Part shown: positions 20,668 to 29,963 of the stretch, in pieces
Numbering within the stretch: position 1 is the stretch's first letter
How the letters are laid out: the number at the start of each line of letters is the position of its first letter
Notes under the pieces: model-generated
What the model saw: only the letters and a program-made list of their open reading frames with translations
Databases searched by the model: none
What the model was told of the DNA's origin: nothing
IMG/VR virus record: IMGVR_UViG_3300042511_000879
Coordinates: 1-64,000 of that record
DNA length: 64,000 bases
Strand: one strand, 5' to 3'
Made by a program: the position numbers and the translations under genes

Positions 20668-20979
20668 TTATTGGAACGGGTTAATTAGTATCTTATAAGC
20701 CTCTTTTCCCTCTTCAAAATTGGTTTGTTCAATTAAACCAAGTCCAATTGCTTGTTGTAAACCTTTCTCCGCATTTTCAATATTACCACATGCATGATAT
20801 GTCATCAATGAGTGTTTTGTAAAATTGTTTCGAGGACGGTCTGGTTTTTTCATAGTTTCGACAACATAAACATGTATAATATCAAAGGCATCCGGAAAAC
20901 TTTCTAGTTGTTCATGGATGCCTAAAATATATTTAATGGGTAGTTTGTCTTCATCTAGTCGATTAAGATTCACTTCCAT
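20668..20979 (-). CDS. Hypothetical protein
   Basis: 103-aa ORF tightly packed in the operon. Confidence 0.65.
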   Translation of the reverse strand: MEVNLNRLDEDKLPIKYILGIHEQLESFPDAFDIIHVYVVETMKKPDRPRNNFTKHSLMTYHACGNIENAEKGLQQAIGLGLIEQTNFEEGKEAYKILINPFQ

Positions 20980-20980
20980 A

Positions 20981-22099
20981 TTATTCAGTATCTAAGTCCT
21001 CGTTTAATAAGTCTCCAATTTCATTATTAAGAGTTTCTGCCGAAGTATTGTAATTAAAAATTGGCTTAAGGTGTGTGTTAATTTGCTCAAGTACCTCTCT
21101 TGTAAATACCTTTTCAGTAAAGAATTCTGCATTAGAAACAGTCTCGTCAAGATGTTTACAAATCCATCCTCTTGCAGTTGCTTTAGGAGTTTTAACACCT
21201 TTCTCGATAGAACCTCTTGTGATTCCACAAATATCCCATGTCGCATATTGTTCTAATCCAACATAAGGATTCATACCTTTGGTAAAATCAAGGTGGAATT
21301 TAATTGGGTGAGGTTTAGCAAAACGATTCTTGTCAGGCTTAGCGGTTACAACGATACCAACTTTTTTATCACCATCTTTCAATTGTGCCTTATTTAACAT
21401 AAGAACTATTGAAGCGGCATACTCTGGTCCTGTACCACCTCCGGCAACTTGTCGTGAGATAAAATCTTGGGTTTGGTATGTGTGATTTGTAAATAAGAAT
21501 GGAATCTTTAAGTCAGCCAATGGAGTCATAATAATTCTAAAGATTGACTTTAACATTTTAGAACGTGTCATATCTGCCTTTTCGCTTCCAGTCGCAGCAT
21601 CATCGATTTCTTTTTGTGTTGCAAGGTTACCGGCACTATCTAATATAATCATTATCTTTTGAATCTCTCCGCCTTTTCTTTTAACCTCTTGCATTCTTTG
21701 AGTAATTGAAGTTACTGAAGTTCTAAATGCTTGTACAGTATTTACAGGCTGGTAGTTTACTTTAGTTACATCAATACCAAATTTTACCATCTGGTCTTTG
21801 TCAACTGCAGCTTCTGAATCATAATAGATTACATAGTAACCCATATTAATTGCTTCTCGAACTGAATTAAGTGTCAAGAAAGTTTTACCTGTTCCTGATG
21901 GTCCAGCAATCGAGCAAGACCTATTGTTAGGCCATCCTCCAAATAAATCTCCAGATAGGCATGCGTTTAAATGATAGTTTCCAGTATGAATCCATTCAGT
22001 AACTTCGGAGAAGTCTGATTTATCCATAACAGATCCTAGTGGGTTTAAACTTGCAAGTTCTGCGTTTAAATCGTCAAATGTAAATCTATTTTTTGCCAT
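20981..22099 (-). CDS. uvsX: RecA-like recombinase UvsX
   Basis: GPSGTGKT, YYDSE, ILDSAGNL, ADMTR, NHTY, GGGTG; start moved to MAKNRF at 22099. Confidence 0.92.
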   Translation of the reverse strand: MAKNRFTFDDLNAELASLNPLGSVMDKSDFSEVTEWIHTGNYHLNACLSGDLFGGWPNNRSCSIAGPSGTGKTFLTLNSVREAINMGYYVIYYDSEAAVDKDQMVKFGIDVTKVNYQPVNTVQAFRTSVTSITQRMQEVKRKGGEIQKIMIILDSAGNLATQKEIDDAATGSEKADMTRSKMLKSIFRIIMTPLADLKIPFLFTNHTYQTQDFISRQVAGGGTGPEYAASIVLMLNKAQLKDGDKKVGIVVTAKPDKNRFAKPHPIKFHLDFTKGMNPYVGLEQYATWDICGITRGSIEKGVKTPKATARGWICKHLDETVSNAEFFTEKVFTREVLEQINTHLKPIFNYNTSAETLNNEIGDLLNEDLDTE

Positions 22100-22277
22100 T
22101 TTTGTATTGTTTTGTTTCTTTTTTTCTAAGGTCTTCAAGCTCTTCTATTAGAACTTTAGTCTCATTTTGTATTATTGACATTTGAGTCATAAGAGATTCA
22201 AGACGTGTGTTGATTCTCTTGTAATGATTGACATAGTCTTTTTGGTCTGCTGTTAGGTCATCGATGTTTATATCCAT
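22086..22277 (-). CDS. Small coiled-coil hypothetical protein
   Basis: 63-aa ORF between polymerase fragment B and uvsX. Confidence 0.6.
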   Translation of the reverse strand: MDINIDDLTADQKDYVNHYKRINTRLESLMTQMSIIQNETKVLIEELEDLRKKETKQYKNGKK

Positions 22278-22280
22278 ATT

Positions 22281-23477
22281 TTAAAATAATGATGTTGAAT
22301 AAATTAAGTTTCTATTTAGTGTATGTAAACCAACTGCGGTTAGAACCCGGTTCAATGGATCTATAACACTCTTTTCGAATTGTGTTTCATAGTCAACGGT
22401 TGGCGCAATTTCATAAGGATGAGCTCCAGGTTGGTATGCAAATATTTCGCAAGTTCCATGTTTACAGTGGTATAGTTTTAACTTTTCACCATTACCAATC
22501 ATCTTGTATTTGTTCTTATACTTTGGATTTTGATTCATTAGGAAATTATAAAATCCTGCAGCTTTAACGTTTGGTGGACATTTTAAACCATATTGAAATT
22601 CTACCGTATCGTCTATGATATATTTTTCAATATTATTAGTTCTTTTATTAAAACATATCTCATCAACACTTGCTAATTGAAATTCTTTTTTACATTGTTT
22701 CAAATAATCTACAAGTCTTTTTAATAAGGACGCTGTAGGTTTTTCTGAAAGAATCAGTTTAAGAATCTCAGTCAACTGCTTTCTTGCAAGAGCTGGAGTT
22801 GAACTTTGAATTGTATCAAATCCGATGGTTTTAACTTTCTTAAGCGAAGGGTAACGTTCTTCGATTCCAATTTTATCTTCCCAAGCAATATTTTGCAAGT
22901 ATTTTTTCTTAGCTAACCAAATTCCAGAGTATGCAATCGTTTCTAATTCAAACTGAAGGAAGTTTTCTGTATTAGTTGCTTCCGCATATTTCTCCATACA
23001 CTTAAAGATATATTCTTTAAGTCTGAAGTTATACAATTTCATAATAAATTGGTCAATCGATACCTTGTCTCCGAGCCATTCAATAGATTCATACATCTCT
23101 TCAAATTGTACGTAACAAGAATCGGTATCAATATAAACAACAGAAGGTCTCACCAACTTGTTTTTAACTTGAATATTAAAAAACTCATGAACTACTTTAT
23201 CTTTAGTCCAAAACTCTTGAAAATACTTATTTAGTATCTTCTCAGAATATAGAATCGCAGACTGTCCCTGTAAGGTAATAGATTCTGCGATGTCTATATT
23301 AAAAAAGTGAAACCATTTGTTACCGAAGGCGCCATAGATCGAGTTAAGCATTACTTTTACTGCTTGTTCATAGGCTCCAAACTTTGCTGACAACATAGAA
23401 TAATGCTCAACCAATGTTTTAATTTCATCTTGTGATAAATCACTTTCTGGTTTTAGTATTAATTCTTCGATTGTCAT
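22281..23477 (-). CDS. Family B DNA polymerase, C-terminal subunit (split gp43, part B)
   Basis: Motif B KVMLNSIYG, ITLQGQ, motif C YIDTDS, KKKY, thumb region; lacks exonuclease domain and motif A. Confidence 0.9.
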   Translation of the reverse strand: MTIEELILKPESDLSQDEIKTLVEHYSMLSAKFGAYEQAVKVMLNSIYGAFGNKWFHFFNIDIAESITLQGQSAILYSEKILNKYFQEFWTKDKVVHEFFNIQVKNKLVRPSVVYIDTDSCYVQFEEMYESIEWLGDKVSIDQFIMKLYNFRLKEYIFKCMEKYAEATNTENFLQFELETIAYSGIWLAKKKYLQNIAWEDKIGIEERYPSLKKVKTIGFDTIQSSTPALARKQLTEILKLILSEKPTASLLKRLVDYLKQCKKEFQLASVDEICFNKRTNNIEKYIIDDTVEFQYGLKCPPNVKAAGFYNFLMNQNPKYKNKYKMIGNGEKLKLYHCKHGTCEIFAYQPGAHPYEIAPTVDYETQFEKSVIDPLNRVLTAVGLHTLNRNLIYSTSLF

Positions 23478-23480
23478 AAA

Positions 23481-24236
23481 TTATTCAGCTGTTTGGCAAG
23501 TAGCGATAGTTAGTAATGTTTCTGAATCTTTTGAGCGTAATACTACCCTGTTATCCATAACATTTGCTGAATAATCTTCTTTGTCTAAAAGGTTTAAATA
23601 TTTTTTGAAAAGAGTTACATTGCCAGGATTATTTCCTTGGAATGAATCAGTTACAAGGTAGTTGTAAGTTTTACCTTTCATTCTAACACCTTCTGCATTA
23701 GTTGAGATAGTGAAAGTCTCTTCTTTGTCCAATCCGAAAAGAGAACGAACTTTTGAAGTTGCAGTATAATCCATGTCAAATACATAGTTTGCTGCGTCAA
23801 TATTAAAGATTCCTGCAATTTGAGCATCTGTAAGGTCTTTATAACCTAATGAAGGCTCAGAACATGCAAGTTTAATTTCCAATTCATTGTTGAAAATACG
23901 GAATTCAGTTGCTACGAAATCCTCGTCATTTTCTACGAATTCAATTTCAGCTTGGATGTTTCCAAATTCAAATTGTTTAAATGCGTCAGTTAAACGACCA
24001 GCATCAAAGAAAGCAATTTTTAATTCTTTTGATGTGTTAATAGCACCGTCTTCCAATTGGAATACTTGCGACACTGGAATTCTGTGATGTTTTACAGCAT
24101 CTCTTTGTGGAAGATAGGCGGATGCCTGTACCACTTCATCCTTGATTTTAAAGTAGATAAAGGTATCGATAACCTTAAGTCTATTCACAAAACCGATGAA
24201 ATTGTTTTGGTCTACTTTGTCAATTTTAATTTTCAT
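23481..24236 (-). CDS. Probable sliding clamp (gp45-like)
   Basis: ~250 aa, two-domain alpha/beta pattern, adjacent to the polymerase gene; LLDKEDYSANV resembles the gp45 C-terminus. Confidence 0.55.
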   Translation of the reverse strand: MKIKIDKVDQNNFIGFVNRLKVIDTFIYFKIKDEVVQASAYLPQRDAVKHHRIPVSQVFQLEDGAINTSKELKIAFFDAGRLTDAFKQFEFGNIQAEIEFVENDEDFVATEFRIFNNELEIKLACSEPSLGYKDLTDAQIAGIFNIDAANYVFDMDYTATSKVRSLFGLDKEETFTISTNAEGVRMKGKTYNYLVTDSFQGNNPGNVTLFKKYLNLLDKEDYSANVMDNRVVLRSKDSETLLTIATCQTAE

Positions 24237-24292
24237 ATTTAGTGTTTAAATTATTTTAATATTATAGACAAAAATTGGGTTTTGTTTCACAT

Positions 24293-24319
24293 AAAAAAAC
24301 CTGTCATTACTGACAGGTT
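24293..24319 (-). terminator. Intrinsic terminator
   Basis: AACCTGTCA/TGACAGGTT stem with T-tract on the minus strand. Confidence 0.75.
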
Positions 24320-24477
24320 AAACTCGTTTGAGTCGGTCCTCTGATTCTATCCTGAGGAGGGGTTCTTATTTAGATTTTCTTAATTCGTCAAAGACAACAA
24401 TTAAAAAAAATAGACCAATTATACCAATAAAGAAAGGTAAGCAATTCGGATCAGAGTTCACTTCATGAAATGATATT

Positions 24478-24870
24478 TTATAATGTTTTTACTAGACGAA
24501 CTGAATAGGCTTGCCCTGCTCCAGTAAAGTATTCTTGTTTTCCTGTACCAAAGTTTTGAACCCAAACTGCATTTTTACCAAATGTTTCAGAAGACATGTA
24601 AAACGCGTTCATTCTAAGGTTAGGTAGTAGGGTAACATTTTGGTACATTGTTTCCAATTCATCTTTAGTCGGTACTCTCCAACCTTTGCCCATTTTTTTG
24701 GCTAAACGATTTGCATTAACCAATTTAAGGTCTGCGCCATTAAGTTCAGTTAAGTCGCGTTCTGCAACTTCTATATTACCAATCGTAACAGGATTTCCTA
24801 TTACGTCTGATGCTGTATATAATCCAGCGATTTCATTAACGAAATCTTCAAATAATTTAATGTGTTTCAT
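24478..24870 (-). CDS. CTS-leader protein with DUF1566/Lcl-like C-type-lectin-fold domain
   Basis: MKHIKLFEDFVNE leader; GWRVPTKDEL..YMSS..VWVQNF..G..SVRLVK. Confidence 0.7.
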   Translation of the reverse strand: MKHIKLFEDFVNEIAGLYTASDVIGNPVTIGNIEVAERDLTELNGADLKLVNANRLAKKMGKGWRVPTKDELETMYQNVTLLPNLRMNAFYMSSETFGKNAVWVQNFGTGKQEYFTGAGQAYSVRLVKTL

Positions 24871-24871
24871 A

Positions 24872-25204
24872 TTATTTGTACTCATTTTCATATTTAGACT
24901 TTAACTCTTCCCATGCAGCTTTATACTTTGCTGGAATTTTATCAGGTCCATAAACTCTAGAATTAGATTTTTTAGATGAACCTACTTTATAGTTTTCACC
25001 TGTGTAGTATTCCATAAATTCATCTCCAACCTTTCTAGAACCATCGTCTTTAACGTAGATACCATAAGTAATATAAGTATCTGAATCTAAATGTCCTTCT
25101 AAAATATCACAAGATGGATTGTGATTTTTATGTGAGTTAAATTGATAATCAAGAAATTTTACGGCTTCGTTGATAAATTGTTCAAATAATTTAATGTGTT
25201 TCAT
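24872..25204 (-). CDS. CTS-leader hypothetical protein
   Basis: MKHIKLFEQFINE leader; late promoter upstream. Confidence 0.75.
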   Translation of the reverse strand: MKHIKLFEQFINEAVKFLDYQFNSHKNHNPSCDILEGHLDSDTYITYGIYVKDDGSRKVGDEFMEYYTGENYKVGSSKKSNSRVYGPDKIPAKYKAAWEELKSKYENEYK

Positions 25205-25248
25205 TATCGTTTTTTATTTTTATTAATTATATATCTGATTTTGATATA

Positions 25249-25285
25249 CAAATATAAACATTAATTTTTAAACCGGAAAACTTTT
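25249..25285 (-). promoter_or_regulatory. Bacteroidota-type (TAnnTTTG) early promoter (representative copy)
   Basis: TATATTTG at 25249-25256; TATATTTA variants at 1046, 35206 and 47371 with similar upstream T-rich/TGTC elements. Confidence 0.55.
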
Positions 25286-25303
25286 TATGTTAAATTTTAA
25301 AAT

Positions 25304-25334
25304 AAAAAAGCAGGGAGTAGCGAATTCCCTGCTT
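25304..25334 (-). terminator. Intrinsic terminator after nrdA
   Basis: AAGCAGGGA/TCCCTGCTT stem plus T-tract. Confidence 0.78.
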
Positions 25335-25394
25335 AACACCTCCGTGAACTAGTCCCGGTCCTAAAATGCAATCATGTTTCAGATTGCCGGTTCA

Positions 25395-27020
25395 TTATGC
25401 CGAACAGCTATCGCATTCAAGAATATCTCTTGCAAATGATTGCGCTGAACTTTGGCTAAATTGGTAGTATAATGTTTTAACCCCTTCCTCGTGAGCATAA
25501 AGATACAATGTATTAATATCTTTAGCGGGTACTGAAGGATGAATCATCAAATTTAGTGACTGTGATTGGTCAATAAAATGTTGTCTTTGAGCCGCTTGCA
25601 GTACAATTTCTTTTGGACTGATTTCAACGAAAGATTTAAAAACTTCTTTGGTTGGAAAGTCTAAATGTTGTACACTTCCGTCTCTCTTTAAGATTCCTTC
25701 CCAAACTTCTGGTGTATTTAAACCATATTTGTCCAGCTCTTGAATTAAGAAAGGATTTTTGTAAATTGTTTTTGACTTGGCCAAATCTTTAATAAAATAA
25801 TTAGATTTGATTGGTTCAATTCCCATACTTACTTGTCCTAAAATAAATGAACTACTTTTGGTTGGAGCAATCGCAACTAGAGTAGTGTTAGCGTATCCTG
25901 GTCGGATTGATTTGTAACCTTTCTCATCATGCAATAATCTAGAAGCCGCTTCACTCTTTTCTTTTAGTGTTGAAAAGATTTCATGATTCAATTGTTTTGC
26001 TTGAAGTGAATCAAAACTGATTAATTTAGATTGAAACAATGAATGATAACCAAGGACTCCAAGTCCTAAGGCTCTGTGGTCATTTGCAAATCTCCATGCT
26101 CTTTTCATTCCAGGCATATTATAAGATTTATTTATGAACTCATTCATAACTGCGTTTAAGAACATTGTATAAACTTCGATAGCATCAGTTTCTTTAATTT
26201 CGTCCCAGTGTAATAGGTTAATAGAACCTAAACAACAAACAAATGAATTGAATGAATCTGTTGGTAATTGAATTTCACTACAAAGGTTACTTGCAGTAAT
26301 ATCAAGTCCTAATTCTTTGTATGGCGAATTATTGTTTGAGTTATCTTTAAACATAATATATGGAAAACCAAACTCATTACGTCTTTGAATTACCTTAGCC
26401 CAAATTTTACGTTTTTCAGCATCTCCTGATTTCATATCAGCGATCCAAGCATCAGTAACAGTAACTCCATATTGTAGGTTTTGAATTGGATTCCCTTCAG
26501 TTCCAATATCTAAGAATTCTAAAATGTCATTATGTTCAACTGGTAACCAAACCGCGCATGCTCCTCTTCGGGCTTCTGATTGTTTACAAACATCAACTGT
26601 TGTATCATATAATCTGGCATAGTGTACTGGACCATCGGCAGTTCCTCCTGTCGAAATCTTAGTACCTCTTGCCCGGATGTTTCCTAAAAATGCAGAAGTT
26701 CCTCCTCCGTATTTTGACATCATTCCAACTTCTCTACTTCCATTTAAGATACTATCTAAAGTATCATCTACATTACTTCCATAACAACTAACCGGAAGTC
26801 CTTTGTCTTTTCCATAATTAATCCAAACTGGAGTTGATAAACTATAGAATCCTCTAGTCATATAGTCCTCAAACTTTTTTGCAAATCCTTCAATTTTTAA
26901 GTCTTTTTCTGCGGTATTTGCTACATCTTTAATTCGCTGCTCTGGAGATTCAGTAATATAACCTCTAGATAAAAATGTTCTACTGTCTTCGTTAAGCCAG
27001 TAATTCTTCTCGTAATCCAT
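25395..27020 (-). CDS. nrdA: Ribonucleotide reductase class Ia alpha subunit (short, no ATP cone)
   Basis: PVSC, GGGTS, SNLCSEI, LGLGVLG, IAPTKSSS, DQSQSLN, KTLYY, C-terminal CDSC. Confidence 0.93.
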   Translation of the reverse strand: MDYEKNYWLNEDSRTFLSRGYITESPEQRIKDVANTAEKDLKIEGFAKKFEDYMTRGFYSLSTPVWINYGKDKGLPVSCYGSNVDDTLDSILNGSREVGMMSKYGGGTSAFLGNIRARGTKISTGGTADGPVHYARLYDTTVDVCKQSEARRGACAVWLPVEHNDILEFLDIGTEGNPIQNLQYGVTVTDAWIADMKSGDAEKRKIWAKVIQRRNEFGFPYIMFKDNSNNNSPYKELGLDITASNLCSEIQLPTDSFNSFVCCLGSINLLHWDEIKETDAIEVYTMFLNAVMNEFINKSYNMPGMKRAWRFANDHRALGLGVLGYHSLFQSKLISFDSLQAKQLNHEIFSTLKEKSEAASRLLHDEKGYKSIRPGYANTTLVAIAPTKSSSFILGQVSMGIEPIKSNYFIKDLAKSKTIYKNPFLIQELDKYGLNTPEVWEGILKRDGSVQHLDFPTKEVFKSFVEISPKEIVLQAAQRQHFIDQSQSLNLMIHPSVPAKDINTLYLYAHEEGVKTLYYQFSQSSAQSFARDILECDSCSA

Positions 27021-27042
27021 TTAGTTTAATTTGTTTTTAATT

Positions 27043-28020
27043 TTAAAATAAGTCGTCTTCGGTAATTGCCTTAGACTTTTTGTTGTAGTCAATTGATTTT
27101 TTGTAGAAGAAATCACCTTCTTTTGTTGAAAGAATCTCAACATCAAACCATAGAGATTTTTCAATTTCTGTAAAATCAACTTCAAATACTGGTTTCATTC
27201 CAATTCGTTGTAGGGAATTATTAAAACGATTTTGAATAAATTGTTTGATAGTTTCTTTTGGTAAGAAATCAAGTTCACCATTTTCAAAGATCCAATCAAG
27301 AATTTTAACCTCTGCTAGGTATGCTTTCTTACATGCAGAATCTATAAGTTGTTCAAATTCCTCATCAAACCATTCTGGATTTTCTCTTCTAATAATGTTA
27401 ATTAATTCAGATCCGAAGTTTCCGTGGATTTCCTCCTCTTTACTTGTCGCTTCAACTACATTTGAAATACCTTTAAATAGATTTTTTTCTTTGTTAAAGG
27501 ACATCATAATAAAGAATTGGCTAAATAGACTAACATGTTCTATAAACAATGAAAATAGCAATACGGATTTCGTATACATTTTATTGTCCTTACTTCTTGT
27601 ACCATCCAAATACTTTGTCAAGTATGCAATTCTATCTTTAATTGCTGGAATCTCTACTACATGTTGGAATTCATCTTCTAATCCTAGGATTCTTAATAAT
27701 TGTGCGTAAGCATCTTTGTGTCGCACTTCACTTTCGGCAAATGTCATACCAACATCTCCAATTTCAGTGATTGGCATTCTTTTGTAAAGATCTGCCCAAA
27801 AAGTTTTAACATTAACTTCAATTTGTGCAATTGCTAGCATCGATCTTTTAATTACTTCACGCTCTGGATCAGTGACTTTAGTCATAAAATCATCGATATC
27901 TGTTGTAAAATTAAATTCGGTGTGAATCCAATATGAGTGACGGATTGCGTCTTTGTATGCTAATAGTGAAGGGTATTCGTAAGGTAAAATATTTACGCGT
28001 TTTTGAAAGATATTGCTCAT
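27043..28020 (-). CDS. nrdB: Ribonucleotide reductase class Ia beta subunit
   Basis: W..TE, ESEVRH..AY, IEHVSLFSQF, EEEIH, DFF. Confidence 0.93.
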   Translation of the reverse strand: MSNIFQKRVNILPYEYPSLLAYKDAIRHSYWIHTEFNFTTDIDDFMTKVTDPEREVIKRSMLAIAQIEVNVKTFWADLYKRMPITEIGDVGMTFAESEVRHKDAYAQLLRILGLEDEFQHVVEIPAIKDRIAYLTKYLDGTRSKDNKMYTKSVLLFSLFIEHVSLFSQFFIMMSFNKEKNLFKGISNVVEATSKEEEIHGNFGSELINIIRRENPEWFDEEFEQLIDSACKKAYLAEVKILDWIFENGELDFLPKETIKQFIQNRFNNSLQRIGMKPVFEVDFTEIEKSLWFDVEILSTKEGDFFYKKSIDYNKKSKAITEDDLF

Positions 28021-28056
28021 TGGTGATAATTTATTTTAGAAGTTTATATATAAGTT

Positions 28057-29454
28057 TTATTGGAGCAGTTTTTTCAACCGGTCAGCTTTTGTGTAATATT
28101 CATAAGAAGTTTTTTTATAATCTTTACGTTGTGCATATAGGTCACTTAATATCTTTCTGAGAATAGAATCTTCGGTCTTATAAACTACGCCATTATCACA
28201 AACGATAACCTCTTTATTTTTTCTGCGCTCTTCAATTTCACTTTTATAAATCTTTTCAATATATGCATCGGGAGATATATTAAATTGTCTCATTATCGAA
28301 GGATATAGTGAAGCAAAATCGAATGCACTTACACCTTCATAGAATCCTAAGATTGGTTCTTTTACAAATGCTCCAGCATATTGGCCATCTTTTTGGCTAT
28401 CAGATTTCTCTTCACTTCCAATTCGCATTCCTTGCTCAGCAAGTTTTCTTGCCATAATTGCTTCAGTAACTGCCACTGGAGAACTTGCTTTGTATAACGG
28501 CATATTTGTAATATTTGCCAGTGTTAGTAGTACCTCCATCGACTTCAACTTCTGGTCAATGTAATATACAAGCACTGAATCGACAACATTGTAATATATG
28601 TACTTGACAAAGTTATCCCGGTATAAGTCCTGTAGTGATCCAGTGAACTTGATTTTGTTAACGTTCAAGACTTGACTTGAAACATAATCTAATGAATTGG
28701 ATTCTTTAACTTTTACAGTTCGGTCATATTTGTCATACAATTGCATATAGTCAAGAATTCCGATATGAAGAGGACGACCATCTGTATGATCGATTGAATG
28801 GGTCATACCAACTTCTTTAATATCGATTTGAAGTCTTTTACATCGATTAACGATATACTGCCAGTCATAGTTGATAAAATTCCACCCAGTCATCATAGGA
28901 AACTTTGGTAAGAATTTCATTAAGAATGTGTAAACCATATCGTACTCAGACTTGAACTTATGGTACTTAAATTCCCAGTCCTGGTCAAAATCTTTGAAGT
29001 ACTCATTAGTATCGTCTTGAATCTTTTGGATTTTATCTGAAGCCATATCTTCCAGTCCAAGCACGATTGCTTTACGGTCTGGAGTAATTATTGAGAATGA
29101 AAGAATTCTACTTTTGGCCTCTTCGGCTTTTGGAAAGCCATCAACAATTTCAGTTTCAATATCGACAAAATAAGTCTTTGGCATATTATATGCTGTTAGG
29201 TCTTTTTTGTCCTTCTCTGAAAGATTATCTAAAAAATAAAGAATTGAAAACTTATTAAATTGTTTTCCATATCCTAATTTAACAGGACGGCCATCCCAGT
29301 TTTTATAGTCTGGACTGGCCGCTCTGTCTTTTTCATCACAAACATACCAATTTTGGAATTTATCCACTGGGTATTGTTTAAATGCTACTTCTCCCTTGTC
29401 ATTATAGTATGAAATGATAACATCTTTTTCACGCTGCTCGATGTCAAGTATCAT
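28057..29454 (-). CDS. Family B DNA polymerase, N-terminal subunit (3'-5' exonuclease + motif A; split gp43, part A)
   Basis: VDIETE, GWNFINYD, YNVVD, YAGAFV, motif A FDFASLYPSI; ends within the fingers at QRKDYKK. Confidence 0.9.
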   Translation of the reverse strand: MILDIEQREKDVIISYYNDKGEVAFKQYPVDKFQNWYVCDEKDRAASPDYKNWDGRPVKLGYGKQFNKFSILYFLDNLSEKDKKDLTAYNMPKTYFVDIETEIVDGFPKAEEAKSRILSFSIITPDRKAIVLGLEDMASDKIQKIQDDTNEYFKDFDQDWEFKYHKFKSEYDMVYTFLMKFLPKFPMMTGWNFINYDWQYIVNRCKRLQIDIKEVGMTHSIDHTDGRPLHIGILDYMQLYDKYDRTVKVKESNSLDYVSSQVLNVNKIKFTGSLQDLYRDNFVKYIYYNVVDSVLVYYIDQKLKSMEVLLTLANITNMPLYKASSPVAVTEAIMARKLAEQGMRIGSEEKSDSQKDGQYAGAFVKEPILGFYEGVSAFDFASLYPSIMRQFNISPDAYIEKIYKSEIEERRKNKEVIVCDNGVVYKTEDSILRKILSDLYAQRKDYKKTSYEYYTKADRLKKLLQ

Positions 29455-29921
29455 TAATAGTTATTTTTCTGACGTTGAACGTTTGCTTCTGCTTTTGCGA
29501 AGTAGTAATTATAGGCTGTTTTGGCATCCAATCCAATCGATGCTGCATAGTTAAATACAAAGTGGATTATGTCGACCCATTCCATATACAATTCTTTTTT
29601 ATCATCTTCCGATAGGTCACTGATTTTCAGGGTTTCATACTTTGAAAAGTCTTTTTTCCAGTATTTCCAAACTGCATTTCCACTACCATCTTTAATACCA
29701 CCAAGAGCATCGGTCATTTCATGAATTTCATCAATAACAGCGTGTGTGTTAACATGCCAAAAGTTCATAATCTCTCTAAGTGTCATATCTTCGAAATTAA
29801 AACCATAGGTTTGCTCTTGCATTTTCTTTTGATTTTCCATGATGTCAGCTAAATGTGTAGTTGATTCATTGTAGAAGTCATTAACTTCCAGGTCTTTACA
29901 TTGATTGTCTATATTTGCCAT
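29454..29921 (-). CDS. Dimeric all-alpha dCTPase/dUTPase (T4 gp56-like)
   Basis: DEIHEM..ALGG, WKYWKK, EWVDIIHF, NVQRQKNNY. Confidence 0.8.
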   Translation of the reverse strand: MANIDNQCKDLEVNDFYNESTTHLADIMENQKKMQEQTYGFNFEDMTLREIMNFWHVNTHAVIDEIHEMTDALGGIKDGSGNAVWKYWKKDFSKYETLKISDLSEDDKKELYMEWVDIIHFVFNYAASIGLDAKTAYNYYFAKAEANVQRQKNNY

Positions 29922-29963
29922 AAGTTTTTTATATAATAGTTTTATAGGTAATTTTGAACTTGT

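Noticed and set aside
24366-24476. 36-codon hydrophobic minus-strand frame (ISFHEVNSDPNCLPFFIGIIGLFFLIVVFDELRKSK)
   Set aside because: No ATG/GTG start covering the full frame (only ATA or an internal GTG); could be a small membrane peptide but is unsupported.
24478-24870. DGR target, given the C-type-lectin-like DUF1566 fold
   Set aside because: No template repeat or reverse transcriptase is visible in the window.
22281-29454. Intein or intron as the cause of the polymerase split
   Set aside because: No intein terminal motifs or homing endonuclease are present, and the intervening DNA consists of ordinary intact genes.
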